Assembly (NCBI GenBank): GCA_977862235.1
Contig: OZ374559.1
Span: 434,001-498,000 of the forward strand
DNA length: 64,000 nucleotides
Reading direction: 5' to 3'
From: Dudresnaya verticillata
Lineage: Eukaryota
Position numbers and translations under genes: made by a program. Of this stretch, positions 24,101-36,264 are shown piece after piece. The notes beneath the pieces are model-generated. The model was not told the DNA's origin. It saw only the letters and a list, made by a program, of their open reading frames with translations, and made no database searches. How positions within the stretch are numbered: position 1 is the first letter of the stretch; every line of letters begins with the position of its first letter.

Positions 24101-25806
24101 GCTATAACGAAGTCCACGGTGACGCGGGAAGTCTCGCACTGTAAGGAATGGCCTCGGAGCCTAACGAATGGCCTCGAAACCTAACGGAGAAACGAAAAGG
24201 GGTGATAGCGTGGTAGAGCGGAGCGACCAACACGAAGGACCACGGTGTCAACGTATTCGTGTGCGGAAGGGAGAACTCGAGCGATCGATCACCGGGGATG
24301 ACTCCGGGTGCGCGGGGCTATCGAAAGCGAGGCTCGACCGTATCCGCGGTCACGAAGACGAAGACACCGGACTCGAAGAAACAGGCGTTTACCGAAGACT
24401 CCGAGGTCCGGGCGCTAGTCGCTTCCCCGGAAACCCTCGGAGGTTGCGCCAGACGACTGGCTAAGTAATACTACGTGAGCACGAATGCAAGTCAACGCGG
24501 GAGACGATTCGTACTCGAATGATTCGTAACGGCCTCGGTGCCAACGAACGGTCGCCTCACGTATGGTGGCGGTTGCGAAGTGCGCCAGCGATGCATACGG
24601 AGGTGCGCGTGTCTCGTGGGCCCCGGTGCCGTTATGCGCGGGAAACAACGGGAAAGTCACGAAGGTGTCAGTGATTTCGTATCGGGTGCGCACTGTAATG
24701 TGAATGCCATCGTGGCGCGCGCGATCACGAAGTCGGCTCGGAATTCGTCCGGAGGTGTCAGCGATTTCGTATCACGTGCGTGCTGTAATGCGAGTGCCAT
24801 CGTGGCACGCGCACAGTATGCGCTCTGTAATACGTTTGCCATCGTGGCGTGCGCATTCACGGAGTCACTTCGAAATTCGTATTTCTCGATTATTTTCACG
24901 TAGACCAGGGGGGCCCCAGTTTTCGCTTTCAAGCGGGTTGATATGCAGCGTCTACCGACGGACGACCGCCAACGGCGCGCTCAACCCGCCCGCGGCGCAA
25001 AAACGTCACCGACGCATGCCGCTGGCCACTTGGGCCAGAACGGCTCGCTGGGCGTGCAGACCGCACGCCTGAACCCGGCCACTGTACGGCGCCACGCGTA
25101 CGCGCATGGGGCAGTGGCGGGAACGTTCGCTGTAAGCGTGGCCCGAATCCGGATCCAATCGGGATCCCACATCGGGATCCCACATCGGGATTAAGGGGTG
25201 TAAGGCACGCGCCTGTAAGCCTGGCGCATCCGCATCGCTGGCTCGATTCCGGACTGGATCGGGATTGGTGCGGATCGAGATCGCTCGCGCCATGGGGCGC
25301 ATGCGGCTGTAAGGAAGTAATCCACGTGTAAGTGTAAGGACTTGACGGGGAAGCTACGCGTGATCTGTCAGGAGCGCGGCTGCATGACGGACGGATCTGT
25401 CAGACGCGCCTCGGGACAACACGTGTCCCGAGTTCCCGCGTTACGCGTACATCCGCGTCGCCGCCGCTAGGTAATTCTATACTTAGTTGATCCGTCTCAG
25501 ACGTCACAGTAAACCCCGGCAAGCCGGCCTTGGTCCAGACTTCCCCGTTCAGCACGCGCGTACCCTACCGCTGCCTACGGCTAAGCGTCTACCTCCCGTG
25601 CTTCCACGTCTCTACCCGTCTTCGACGTGTTTCCTTTTTGTTCCTTCTGTTCTTCCTTTCCGCCTCGGGCGTTTACAGTCCGCCCAAAGCGAGTCAATTG
25701 CTCTACCACAAGTCGCCCAAGGCGGGGCTACTCACCGCCAAGGGCGTCGCTACCGACCGAGCCCCGAACTTCTCGGCGGTGTTCCGTCAACGACGTTTGC
25801 ACTACA
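24100..25806 (+). mobile_element. ~1.7-kb non-coding LTR-like insertion between RT and RNase H
   Basis: Interrupts pol; ends gacgtttgcactaCA; has internal ~90-bp and 13-bp repeats and recurring ctgtaa(g) motifs; its 3' part resembles the reverse complement of 28748-28920. No TSD found; left edge approximate. Confidence 0.65.
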
Positions 25807-26245
25807 CATCTGCCTGCTATCTGACAAATATAGTAACGTCGTTCCGTTCCACTTTAAGTCTTACAAGTCAAGACGAGTGGTTAGGTCCGCAATGGCAGGC
25901 GAAGTTATCGCATTTAGCGACCTCTTCGATGTCGCGATTACCCTCTCGAAGGAGCTTAAGGCAATCCTAAGGCAAGAAATACCGGTGCAACTCTTTACCG
26001 ATAGCAAATCTCTATTTGAAATCATTTCGAAAGGCTCTCGAACGTCAGAGAAAAGAATGATGCTAGATGTCGCTGCTGCTCGAGAAGCATTCAAGGAGAA
26101 GGCAATCTCAAACATCGGGTTCGTTAGAAGTTCGCAAAATATTGCAGATGGGCTGACAAGGCAGATTTCGCAAGCCGCTGTACAGTAAATTATGGCAACA
26201 GGAATTCTGAAGGTACGAGCCGAGCAGTGGATCATTCGCAAGTAA
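25807..26245 (+). pseudogene. Copia RNase H (partial, premature stop)
   Basis: VVRSAMAGEVIAFSD, LFTDSKSLF, NIADGLTR; TAA at 26186-26188, natural end EQWIIRK* at 26245. Confidence 0.88.
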
Positions 26246-26257
26246 GATTTTCTAAGT

Positions 26258-27275
26258 TTACTTTGAGGCACGGCGGTTTTTCTCCTTGGCTAAGCCAACT
26301 TTACGCACTTCCGCAACGCGACGTTTGGTCGCCCGAATACCTCCGCACATGCGAAGAGTTTGCGAGGACAAGCGTCGCATAAGGCTCCTCGCTGTCAAAT
26401 GTGACACCCCGGAACCCACCCACGCAGACGCAATGATCAACAACGCCGGTTTGCTCAAGGCGGACGATCCAAAGTCCTTCCGTAACCGACCCAAGCCAAG
26501 AGAACGCAGCCCTTTTTTCCTTCCGGTTGATAGTGGACAACTCCCCTTGGTTAAGCCTACAAACCCGCAAACCCTTCTTGAGACGATGTACCACCGTCCC
26601 GACTTGGGACAAGTAGAAGAAGGTGGTAGGCGAAGTCTGGAGATTGCGACGTATCGCGTTTGCTGAACCACATCCAAGAAGTGCGGTTGCGGCATTCAGA
26701 ATAGCCGCTGGCACGCAGTCAGCGAGCATGCTCATTGCTTGCGTACGCCCAAGCTCGCGCATAAAGTGTCTGGATATCCCCACGGGAGCTGCACCTCGTG
26801 CACCAATAGGGGAAACGAAGACGGCGACGCCATTGTTCTTTCGGCAGTACATCACAACTGCGGCACGAACTTGAGCTTCCCGGGACGACTCATATGCTTG
26901 ACGCGTGTGCCGGTATGGCGGGATGAGGCAAGGACGCGCATGATGGCCTTTCTTGCGCTGCAGGCTTCGCGTGAGCAGACGCAGCGCTGTGCGACCGAAG
27001 CCCTTGAAGGAGACACTGGTAATATCGATTGGATGAAAATCGGGATGCACACCGTGTCTTGAGGCGCATCCGTAGAAGCTTCCTAGCAGTAGCTTCTTCG
27101 CATAGCGCGTGGAGCCATCGCCGGGCTGCCACCGTCTCGACGCCGCAGTCCGCAGGGTTTGCGCGCGGGCGATCACCGTCAGAGGAAGACGGTTCGTATT
27201 GAAGGGTCGTTGCGTCGCTTGTCGTATCCGTCGGTGCGTCGCTCTGCTCCATGGTGAACATCCAGCCGATCCCAA
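26258..27275 (-). pseudogene. Extra antisense ORF inside the Copia element, papain-fold-like Cys/His/Asp pattern
   Basis: 324-codon ORF with ADCVPAAILNA, VVDHCVCV and TFDSEEP; a probable frameshift near 26378 continues into RLSSQTLRMCGG... Confidence 0.5.
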
Positions 27276-27570
27276 GCCGTGACCTGCAGGTTACCCCACT
27301 GGGACAAGAAAGGGAAGGACGCACGGCGCGAACACGAGGAGAGAATACCCAACGGTTGAGCGCGATGCAAGTGCGGCGCGTCGTGGTGTACGCGCAGTAG
27401 CGGTGCGAAGCACAATGTGCACGGAGGAGTTGCAGGGCTGATGTGTGTGTGTGCGCGCCAATTCTGCGTGCGGTCGGAAGCAGGGCACTGACCCTAGGGG
27501 TCGCGACGATTATACGTTGCGCGTTCTGTTGTACGATCGCCGTGCACCGCCGTTTGAGGAATGGAAGGAT

Positions 27571-27905
27571 TATTACGCCGGTGGAGGATGCGCGGCAAAA
27601 GCTGGCAAATTTTATTTGTATTTTGCAACTTCGCGCGAGCCCAGACGGACTCAGGCGAAGACCGGCGGCGCACGTATTAAAAAGCGACCGCCTTCCTCTT
27701 CCTTCCCCCCGGCGACCGAGTTAGAACAGTAAACAGCTTGAGATCACTAAGAGTGTGGTCAGGCTACTGCGAGGGTGTTCCGCCCGAGCCCTGTTCCCCA
27801 TTATCCCCGTCCGCCCCGCTAACCCCTTCGCTCGCTAACCCCATCGCGTCGCGGAAACAAGGTTGCTCTTGTTGCGACCCGCGCGCCCCTACGACTCTCA
27901 CCACA
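27571..27905 (+). repeat. 3' LTR
   Basis: Starts TATTACGCC (TG mutated), ends CTCTCACCACA, followed by the CTGAA TSD. Confidence 0.92.
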
Positions 27906-28162
27906 CTGAACGTTTGCTCTGTGTCTACTGTACTGTACACTCTGTGCAGGTACTTTACATTACCTGCACAGAGTGCACAGTACAGTAAATATTGGCTGTT
28001 GAGCTGTGATACGGCGGAGATATGGGAAGCAACGCGCTGTGGTCAGTATCCCTCAAAACAACCCCGATGCGGGCATTACTGGATCACGGAGCATTCTATT
28101 TTGTTCTATTTTCCTTATTTTCGGATGATATCACCCAACGATCCTTGCAAAGTTCTTCCTAA

Positions 28163-28747
28163 GAGCATCTCCACCCGCAAGCCGCAAAACTACAAAACGA
28201 CATGTTTTGTAATTTTTAGCGAGGGGTATATCTCCAACGGTGTTTCGCTAACGGTAACGGCAACGGCATACATGTTCGCTGCGCCATAAATCTCGCCATA
28301 CAAAACTGTTTAGCGCGCATTTTGCAGACGTCGCTATCGCGCTGCCGACCAATCACCGCCCACTGCGAAACCCACCGACACCTGAACTTCACCGCGCACA
28401 AGATATTAGAACCAAGACCATCTTCTCTGCGCTGAACCTCCACGCACCCCGCCCTCATCGTTCTTCTCACACCGCTGTGAATATTCCTCGCTCACCCGTT
28501 TCCCCTCTCCGCTCTCCTGTTCCCCTCTCCGAACGTACGGAATGTCAGCGCCGCCCCTACCGCTACCCAGAACGCCATGTCCGACGCCGCTCCCAGCTTC
28601 TGGCGTTCCTACATCGCGGAAACCGAGTCGCGGCAAGCAACCGCAGTGGCGCGATGTTGATACAATGGCAGCTGCTATGTCCATTATCCATCTGCCCGAT
28701 GCTATCAATGGTGCCAAACAGAAAAAGAGCGATTGGCACGCCCAACG
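28163..28747 (+). mobile_element. Possible PIF/Harbinger left-end remnant
   Basis: TAA followed by GAGCATCTCCA (Tourist/PIF-like TIR); ORF 28542 has QWRDVDTMAAAMSIIHLPDAINGAKQKKSDW, reminiscent of Harbinger Myb/SANT-like ORF N-termini; truncated at 28748. Confidence 0.4.
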
Positions 28748-29782
28748 TGTGGTGCAAACGCGTCTGATTACGGACTGAACCTCCGGACCGATCGTAGTCC
28801 GGTGGGTAGCCGCTGTAAGCAGGTAGGTGTGGTACAGCTATGGGAACTCGACGAGGGCGGACTGTAAACGCACTGGGCGGTGAAAGGAAAACAAGAAAAC
28901 AAAAGGGGATGTGCCATAGCTGTAAGACAAGCTGTGCCACACACGCGCAGCTGTAAGACAAACTAGTTTGTCGCACAGCGGTCTGCACGGGGCGCAGCTG
29001 CGCCCCGTGCAGACCGCTGTGCGCATTCTGTCAGCCGGTGGAGCCGAAGCCCCGCTGAACTGTAAGGAAGTGCGCTGTGGCGCCCACGCGTGCACGTGTA
29101 CGCGTGTGACACTGAAAGGCCCATGTAATTTCTACGTTTATTTTTGTGTAGTGTACAGCACTGTCTAGTGTAAGCGGTGGTCGAACGCCCTGCTGTCCCG
29201 CGCGCCATGCGCACGCACTCTGGTGTAGAGCCGTTGAGTGCGTGAAACGCGGGCGCGTACTCCGGAGTTGAGCCGTTGAGTACGTGTGGACCGTTTCGCC
29301 CACGCGCGCTTCCGGGTTACCGTTACCCGTACGCGTCGATGCTTGTCGGGGCGCGCCGGCGCACCTCCCGAGTCGGTGCTGCCGCAGGCCCTGTAGTCCA
29401 TTTAGTAGTCGCCCCTCTGGGCTAGAGTAAACACGAGGAAGCCAACCTACGACAGGGTTTTTCCTTTCTGCTTTGGGCTTCTTTCCCAATCTTTCACTTT
29501 ACGGCTTCCCCTTCCTCCAGCTGTCTAGGATTTCCCTTTCCTTTCCGACCGTCGGATTCGTGCTACCTCACGACGGGGAGGCAGGGATCCGGCCACTGCC
29601 GCCCGTGTACGGTCCGCCCCGTGCGTGCTCAGGCTTCGACGCCGTAAATACGCGACCGTCGACGGCTCTCGCGGCCGACACCACCGTTCTACCACTACCA
29701 GCTACCCCAGACCGTTGACGGGTCTGATCGCGTCTCCGACCAGCGCACTTAGACATCAGATCCAACCGACCTCTATGCCACA
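28748..29782 (-). mobile_element. Solo-LTR-like element related to the 24100-25806 insert
   Basis: TGTGG...CCACA termini; minus strand shares ttcctttc.ccgcc, gcgtttacagtccgccc and the terminus gtttgcac(c/t)aca with 25620-25806; no TSD seen. Confidence 0.6.
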
Positions 29783-31533
29783 ATAGCAGGACGTCCCAGA
29801 AAAGGACGACGGTCTCTCTGATACCTGATCTTCGCCTCGTGGGCTTAGCCTTCCACGAAAGACTGTTCTACTCCTTGCTCCACGTTCGTTCTAGGTAATA
29901 TGCTAAAGGGGACCGCAAAATTGCAAAATGGCGACTAGCACAGAGATTCGGTCGACAGTCCTGTGTTGGATATGGTATCAGTCATCTGTATTGTGGACGC
30001 AGTTTAGTGACTCAGACACTATTACCGTCCTGACATCATCTGTCAGAATCTGACACATCTGATGACAATTCGAACGACATTGCAAATTATTGTGGGATGG
30101 CGGGGCGGCCACTTGAGTCATGGAGCTCACGGAAGATGGGACTGAGTAGATATCATGAATAGTATAGGTATGCTACTGTAGATGTAGCGGTAGAAGAAAA
30201 TGGGTATCCAGTCTCAGATTGTAAACGGTCACTAGGTGCGGCTTCCGCTGCCCCGTCAAAGACACGTCTACCGCGCAGCGTAGAACTGCGCTTTCGAAGG
30301 ACAGAAGCTCCAACCCGGTACATTACAACTGCGAGTAAGCAGTCGCTTTTCCTTACCCTCTGGTTTCCGATATCGACAACGTTCGTTCTATATTAAACGA
30401 ACATTTTAGTCCTCTTTAAAGGTTACATATAATATCTACCAGTCCCATCCGGACCCTTGGAACTTGTACGGTTTCAGCAACAATCAATGGTCATTGATTC
30501 TGGAAGCGCGACGTCACCCTTCTCAGCGAGGCCACCCACTCGCAAAAGAAAGCAGATTTTCTCCATCTTAGTGCCCCCAAGCCATTGACGCCCCCTCGCG
30601 GATTGTATTTTATGGTTCTTCATACCATCAATATTAAGACAGATAGTATATATAACAGACAACTGTATTGTTACAGGTGCTTCTGATTGCATATCCCCAA
30701 TTTCGTTCTAACCCTACACTCAGCTCTAGCCTACTATACGGTTGCAATCCACCGCTATCCTTTGAGATTAGAGATACCCCAGGAAGAACCCTGGTGGGTG
30801 TGAAGGAAATACCGGTAAAACGGTTGGTGATGTCCGGGAGCTGGTGATATTCTGTGTCATCTTATTGTTTACTTGTGCAAGTCTCGAAGAGACTTATATG
30901 CACTTTTGAGTTCAGCGCAACCTGCTTAAACTGAACTCCCCCTGTCCTCCGCCCCACAAACGTGGCAGGAGACGCGCCAGGAACATAACAAGCGTTCCAC
31001 AGCCACTCTACACTACTGTTAATAAATTAGTAGCTATAGAACGGCTTGATTTCACTAGTCCAGGAGACCTTTACGAGGCTTCTTGACAGACAATTCATTA
31101 CCCAGGTGCTGCCAGCCTGATTTAACGAATCACTTCCTGGTCCCTTCCTGGAAGCTGACATTATGTCTTCATCAAAATCCAGATGCAAAGTTACATCTCT
31201 TGAATGGCTCCTGTCATCTACATCAGTTCCTGACAACTACTGTGGTAGCTGTGCCACTTCTGACACGTACCACCAATTCCTATGCGCGATAACTGCACAT
31301 ACACGTACACCATCAACGCTATCTGTATGAAATCGCTAGATGTTTTTCTATGGCCAACAACGGTATAGTAACCCAAGAAGTTAGTATTGCAACAACTGCA
31401 ATACGCAGTATATAGGCCACTAAAAGGGCAGACTAGAATAGACTGCTCGCTACCGAAGCACTGTAGCTACCTACTGAAGTAGGATCTTAAGTCGGGAGCA
31501 TCACAGTAATACACCAAGCAAATCCACAAGGAA

Positions 31534-31605
31534 GCTGAAATAGCTTCGTGGTTTCTTTTTGCTTGGTCCGCCATGGAGGTCGTGGGATCGAGTCCCGCGG
31601 GTCTG
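31534..31605 (+). other. Degenerate tRNA-like sequence (pseudo-tRNA or SINE head)
   Basis: A-box-like TAGCTTCGTGG (31541) and B-box/T-arm gtggg-atcgagt-cccgc (~31582-31598) at tRNA-like spacing; no acceptor stem. Confidence 0.3.
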
Positions 31606-32593
31606 TGCATGTTCGAGGCTGGAGAGTAGTCTACAGCACGTTCCAAGATCCACGACTATAATGCGGACTAGACGCTACAATCTCGACCTGTCGGACTTTG
31701 AACTTTAATGCTTATCTTTGACCCGCTCGACTCTGTACAACAGTAAAACTGACTATAAGTGGATCACCTGTATGCAGTTTCTATATATTTGGGCCTTGGT
31801 CGTTGATGCCACAAACTTTGCAACGAACGGACAAGCATTGGGAAAGGATCCAACGATGTAGCGCACAAAATGAGCAATACGCCTTATAGTACACTTGAAA
31901 ACCGGTTCAGGAAAAGAGAGGCTTGCAGAGCAAAGCGACTGACGGCCAGTGTTGCTGATATCCATACAAAAAACCAGTATATCCATACAATAAACAACAA
32001 TATCACAGACGAGCGATAAAGGGAAAATGTTTCCGAAACTGGAGACGTATGTTTTTGTCCCTGCAACCAAGTCAGCAATTCAGCCCCGACTGTAACGTAC
32101 TTCCTGCAGTCTCTGGATTTGAAATGGTGGTGGATACGCTTCAGAAAGTAACACGCCGACGACTTTGTGTTTTTGGCCGCGACCGTGCCATGTCGGGAGG
32201 GTGCTTGTTTGTCTACATGCATTCTGTCAAGCAGCGGAGGGAACGGAAACTTTTTTCTTTTAAGAGGCTCTACATAACTAAGTAGTTCGACGAGCAACCA
32301 CAGATATATATACTACACAGTTTATTCTCACAGCTATCTGAAAGACTTGCCCAAGAACTCTTCTATATGCCCTTTTTAAACAAAGCTCCAGTTCTTGAAA
32401 GAAGGGTGAATTGCTATCAGTATTGGCAGTTTAATAGTGTTTATCCTATTCACTGATGATGACATGACTACAGTTACGTAACCAATATCCTGGGAATCTT
32501 GCTAAACAAGTTTTCATCGCACGCATCCAAATTCCAGACCAGATTCGAGTCGAGTGCAGAAAGAACTTCATGTTGAGGGACGCAGTCGGAAAT

Positions 32594-33226
32594 CTAGGTT
32601 ACCCTTTGCCCCAAGACAGCAACACGGTTGTTTCTGACAGACGTGATGACTTCAAAGTCGCCATCAAGAGCCATGCTGACATATGTACGGTTATCCCCAC
32701 AGGGCTCGAAGTATACCTCCCAATCATGCTTAGAAGGGTGTCGGGATTCCCGGCTCGGCAGATGGTGACTCGGCCTGAGCCTGTGTTGTAGCCTGTGTGA
32801 AATCAAGGGGAGCGTGAGCGGCATTACCGCGCGGGAGTGTTTGCGGTTGTCGTGAGAGGTAGAGGTGCTCTTCTTTGACTTGGATCGCCTTGACCACGTG
32901 CTTTTGCGCAGTTGCGAGGAGTCCTGGGGGTGCTCCGTGTCGTAGACTTGCGAAGTCTTGGCGCTTCTCTTTTGGGCTGAGTAGCGCTGCGACCTGCGGC
33001 GCTCGGTTTCGGACTGGACTGGGGCGCATATCTCACCGGGGCCGCATGGCGTCTTCTTGGCCCTACTGTGCGACCGGTGTTTGGAGGAGGGGGAGGACGA
33101 CGAGGACGACGAGGACGACGACGGCGACAACAAAGAAGCGTTTTTGGGGTTTGGCCAGCTGCGGGTGCGCAACGAGGGGTGTAACCAGGATTGGTTCTTG
33201 GGTTGGTACTGGTTTCGTGAAGACAT
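32594..33226 (-). CDS. Hypothetical Ser/Arg/Lys-rich protein
   Basis: ATG-initiated 210-aa ORF, TATA-like ctctatat ~65 bp upstream, low-complexity N-terminus and an ordered-looking C-terminus (WEVYFEPCGDNRTYVSMALDGDFEV). Confidence 0.5.
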   Translation of the reverse strand: MSSRNQYQPKNQSWLHPSLRTRSWPNPKNASLLSPSSSSSSSSSSPSSKHRSHSRAKKTPCGPGEICAPVQSETERRRSQRYSAQKRSAKTSQVYDTEHPQDSSQLRKSTWSRRSKSKKSTSTSHDNRKHSRAVMPLTLPLISHRLQHRLRPSHHLPSRESRHPSKHDWEVYFEPCGDNRTYVSMALDGDFEVITSVRNNRVAVLGQRVT

Positions 33227-34529
33227 TTGTCGAAGTGGGCTGTGCTGTGTTTGTGGGGTGTTGGAGATGAGTTAGGGGTGATGGCGGGGCATATAGAGAG
33301 ATGACTGAGAATGGCGGTGGTTGAGGGAAGGCTGGTCTACTCTAGTACGGAATGAAGCAAGGCTTTAGGGCGTGACTGTCCTGATGGTTAGTTCAGAGCG
33401 TTGCTGGATGCGCTGTGAATCTGAAAGTGGCTTTGTCTTCTTTGTATCCGTGCGTTTCTAGAATGGCTTCCAAGCGGATGTTCCAGCAACGCGATTTCTC
33501 CTGGCCAATCCATTTCTTCCGGTCAGCTGTGACCGTAGTCGTCCTAAAAGGGAGAAAGGGAGACGTTGGTGCTACTAGATATGTAGACCAGGTGGTGCTA
33601 CGGTAGGGACGTTTTCTCGACCTCAAGAGACCTCAAACCTGAGCGCGAAGAACTTGATGCCAAACAACAGTACGTGGTCGCCATCCAATAAGCGATTGGA
33701 TCATAACACCACCGCGCGGTTCTCGCGTGGATGCCTTTAGTGCTGCTACACTGAGATGCCTCGGCCGTCGTCATCAATCTCGCACGATGGACGTACAGTA
33801 TAGTCTGCAGAAAGCTCGTCCGTCGCGGCGAAGGCAACAAGCCTCGCGGAGCAGCATGTCTCGCGGCTTGCCAACTCCCGCACCTCTATTGTCCGGTCAT
33901 GCCAGCCGGTCGCTCCTAAGTTCAGTCAGGTCGAGCCAGATCCTCCTGCCGCACGCCGCACTGATGACGCACTCAACTTGTGCTACGATACGGCGTTAAC
34001 GTTTCGCCGACGACGACGCACGCGCAAGCTCCCACTACGTACTCGCATTCACCGTTCGTTCACCGTCATCGCAACGCGGAGGGCCAGGCACACGGGATGT
34101 GGCCGCGTTGACATGCCGTTCCCACGGCATGAGAAGCCTACGTCTACAGCACCGCGCACACGGCGGCGGCGGCTCTTGCCAGGCGTATTTGTATTAGACC
34201 ATGCATGTCCCCCACAGGTGGAAGGCGTAGCGAAGCCGAAAGCACTGCGCAACGTGCAAAGCCCGGTCAAGCCGCCAGCCGCGACGGTGCGTTTCGTGCC
34301 CGAAGTCCAATCGTGAGACGGGTCTGAGATCGGAATCATAGCGAAACATCTAGCGATAGATCTGCAAGTTTTGGCACAGGCTCTAAGCATTTTGATTGGT
34401 GCAGCTGCCACTTATGTATTGGAAGATGTCCAGAATCAGAGATTTCTATTTGCGGAGAGAGAAGGTGATGTGTTTACTTAAATCTCCAATATAGCAGTAC
34501 TTGTGATTTTATTAATATTATCACTGTTA

Positions 34530-34892
34530 TCAAAGCATCTCTTCCACGTCCTCTTCCAATGCCTTCATTACCCGCTTTAATCGAAGAAGAAATACAAAGG
34601 CTAAATGATCTAGTCCCATACACAAAAATGCTTTCCGTAGTTCTCTTTTCTTTACCATTATCAAGTAATAAAATTTAAGCTCCGCGCACCCTCGCGCAGT
34701 GAGTTCTCGTAACAATTCTTTTTGAGAAGTTGTAATTGAATCGAGCCTCAAAATTGCTTCGGCGCAAACCTCTAACAGAACGTCGGTTCGGTGCCTGTCC
34801 GCAAGCGGAACGGTGAAGCGAGAGAAGGTTAACTTTGTTCTGGTGAAGCTAGGACGGTTCCGGAGATGGGCGAAGCTGTCTTGGATGTACAT
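34530..34892 (-). CDS. Hypothetical 120-aa protein
   Basis: ATG-initiated ORF with helical protein-like composition and AT-rich 3' flank; no motif recognised. Confidence 0.3.
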   Translation of the reverse strand: MYIQDSFAHLRNRPSFTRTKLTFSRFTVPLADRHRTDVLLEVCAEAILRLDSITTSQKELLRELTARGCAELKFYYLIMVKKRELRKAFLCMGLDHLAFVFLLRLKRVMKALEEDVEEML

Positions 34893-35742
34893 GGTACAGC
34901 GTGAGAAGGATCAAGAACAGGCAGGGCGAGCTCAGCCAGGAAGACCACTTTAAAAAAAAGCTAGTACCAATAACTGCTCTGAATGGACGGTCGCACGCCA
35001 CAAGTCTGACCTCCGTCGCCTTTCCTAAGTAGCATTGCACAACACATGGCTCATGTGATGCCACGAAAAGAATCCATCAGCCTCGGACGTAAATTGGACA
35101 CTGATGACATCAAATATCACCTCTTACATGAGTGTTTCGAACAAAAAATGGCTGGTTCGCAGACACATTACCTGTGCCTCAGACCGACACCGATGACCCC
35201 CTGAAGTTCTTCAGGAAGAACCGGACCAGTGAATCTTGATTTACAGCTGTTTATTTGTGGCGGCCTGTGCCGGTGACCTGCCTATTATTAGCTTAGCTGG
35301 CATAATTAACAAGCTTTTCTATGCTGAATGCTGGCGTAGGACCCAAAGCTCCTACAATCGCACCACTCGATTCACCCATGATTCATTCATGATTCATGGA
35401 TGAATCGACACACACGATTCATCCATGATTCATGGATGAATCGTGCGGTGCGGCCATGGACCATGATATCACTCTTGCATTAAAGCAACAACCGTCGCTA
35501 AGATTTTAGACACCTTTGATGAACGCGATACCGAAATGGCCAATGCGAAACTGCGATTTCAGCCGTCTTGTGGCGCTCCCACAAGTTTATGTCGCCGCAC
35601 CCACTTGACGAGTTAGCAGTGCTGACTCAATACAGGAATCTCTCTTGTTATTTACTAAAGTAAGGTCTGGATCGTGCGGGAATATTCTCGATCGACTTCC
35701 GAAGACAAGAAGGCCTCCGGCCTATTCTGTTGCTATTCCGAA

Positions 35743-36264
35743 CTAAACAATCAAAGACCCCGGCGCATGTGCTACAGATGCATATGCTCGGTAACTCATC
35801 CTTGAGAAGCGAGGCATACAGAACATGACTCTCGGCGCCGGGGGTGTCGGCTGTGCCACTTGGTTCAGCCCTCTCGTCGTGATATCTCGGATCTCACCAA
35901 TCAAGTCTTCAATTGGGGTATAGTATTGGTCATTCGGAACAACACGGAATAGACGAGGCTGACCTGCCGGTGCATCAATGGCAGTCTCTATCCTGTTCAC
36001 GAAACCATCCACGGCTCTGAGCTGATCCCCTGTTGCTGTTCTAGCTGCCACCAGATCGTACATGTAGCTTCGAATTGCCCGCAAGTCGTTATGGACTCCC
36101 AAAGACGGCGTGTTATCACGGATCAAAAAGCTCCGATGGTTCACCGTTAGCCTTGCGATTTCGATTCCAGTGGCTTGCCGCATATTGGGGCGTCGTGCAT
36201 TGGTACCCTTAGTTGCCATAAGCATTAAAGCAGCTAGAACAAGCCCATTAACAAATGTTTTCAT
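35743..36264 (-). CDS. Secreted 173-aa protein, family A, copy 1
   Basis: Signal-peptide-like MKTFVNGLVLAALMLMATKGTNA; TATAAAA on the minus strand at 36528-36534; ungapped paralog A' at 41999. Confidence 0.85.
   Translation of the reverse strand: MKTFVNGLVLAALMLMATKGTNARRPNMRQATGIEIARLTVNHRSFLIRDNTPSLGVHNDLRAIRSYMYDLVAARTATGDQLRAVDGFVNRIETAIDAPAGQPRLFRVVPNDQYYTPIEDLIGEIRDITTRGLNQVAQPTPPAPRVMFCMPRFSRMSYRAYASVAHAPGSLIV

Larger units (their letters stand above)
19135..27905 (+). mobile_element. Full-length but inactivated Ty1/Copia LTR retrotransposon
   Basis: Direct LTRs, CTGAA target-site duplication (19130-19134 and 27906-27910), purine tract gaggaatggaagga before the 3' LTR, domain order gag-PR-INT-RT-RNaseH. 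Confidence 0.95.

Noticed and set aside
30900..31300. Possible highly decayed LINE RT trace (..FNESLPGPFLEADIM..)
   Set aside because: Too degenerate to support by eye.
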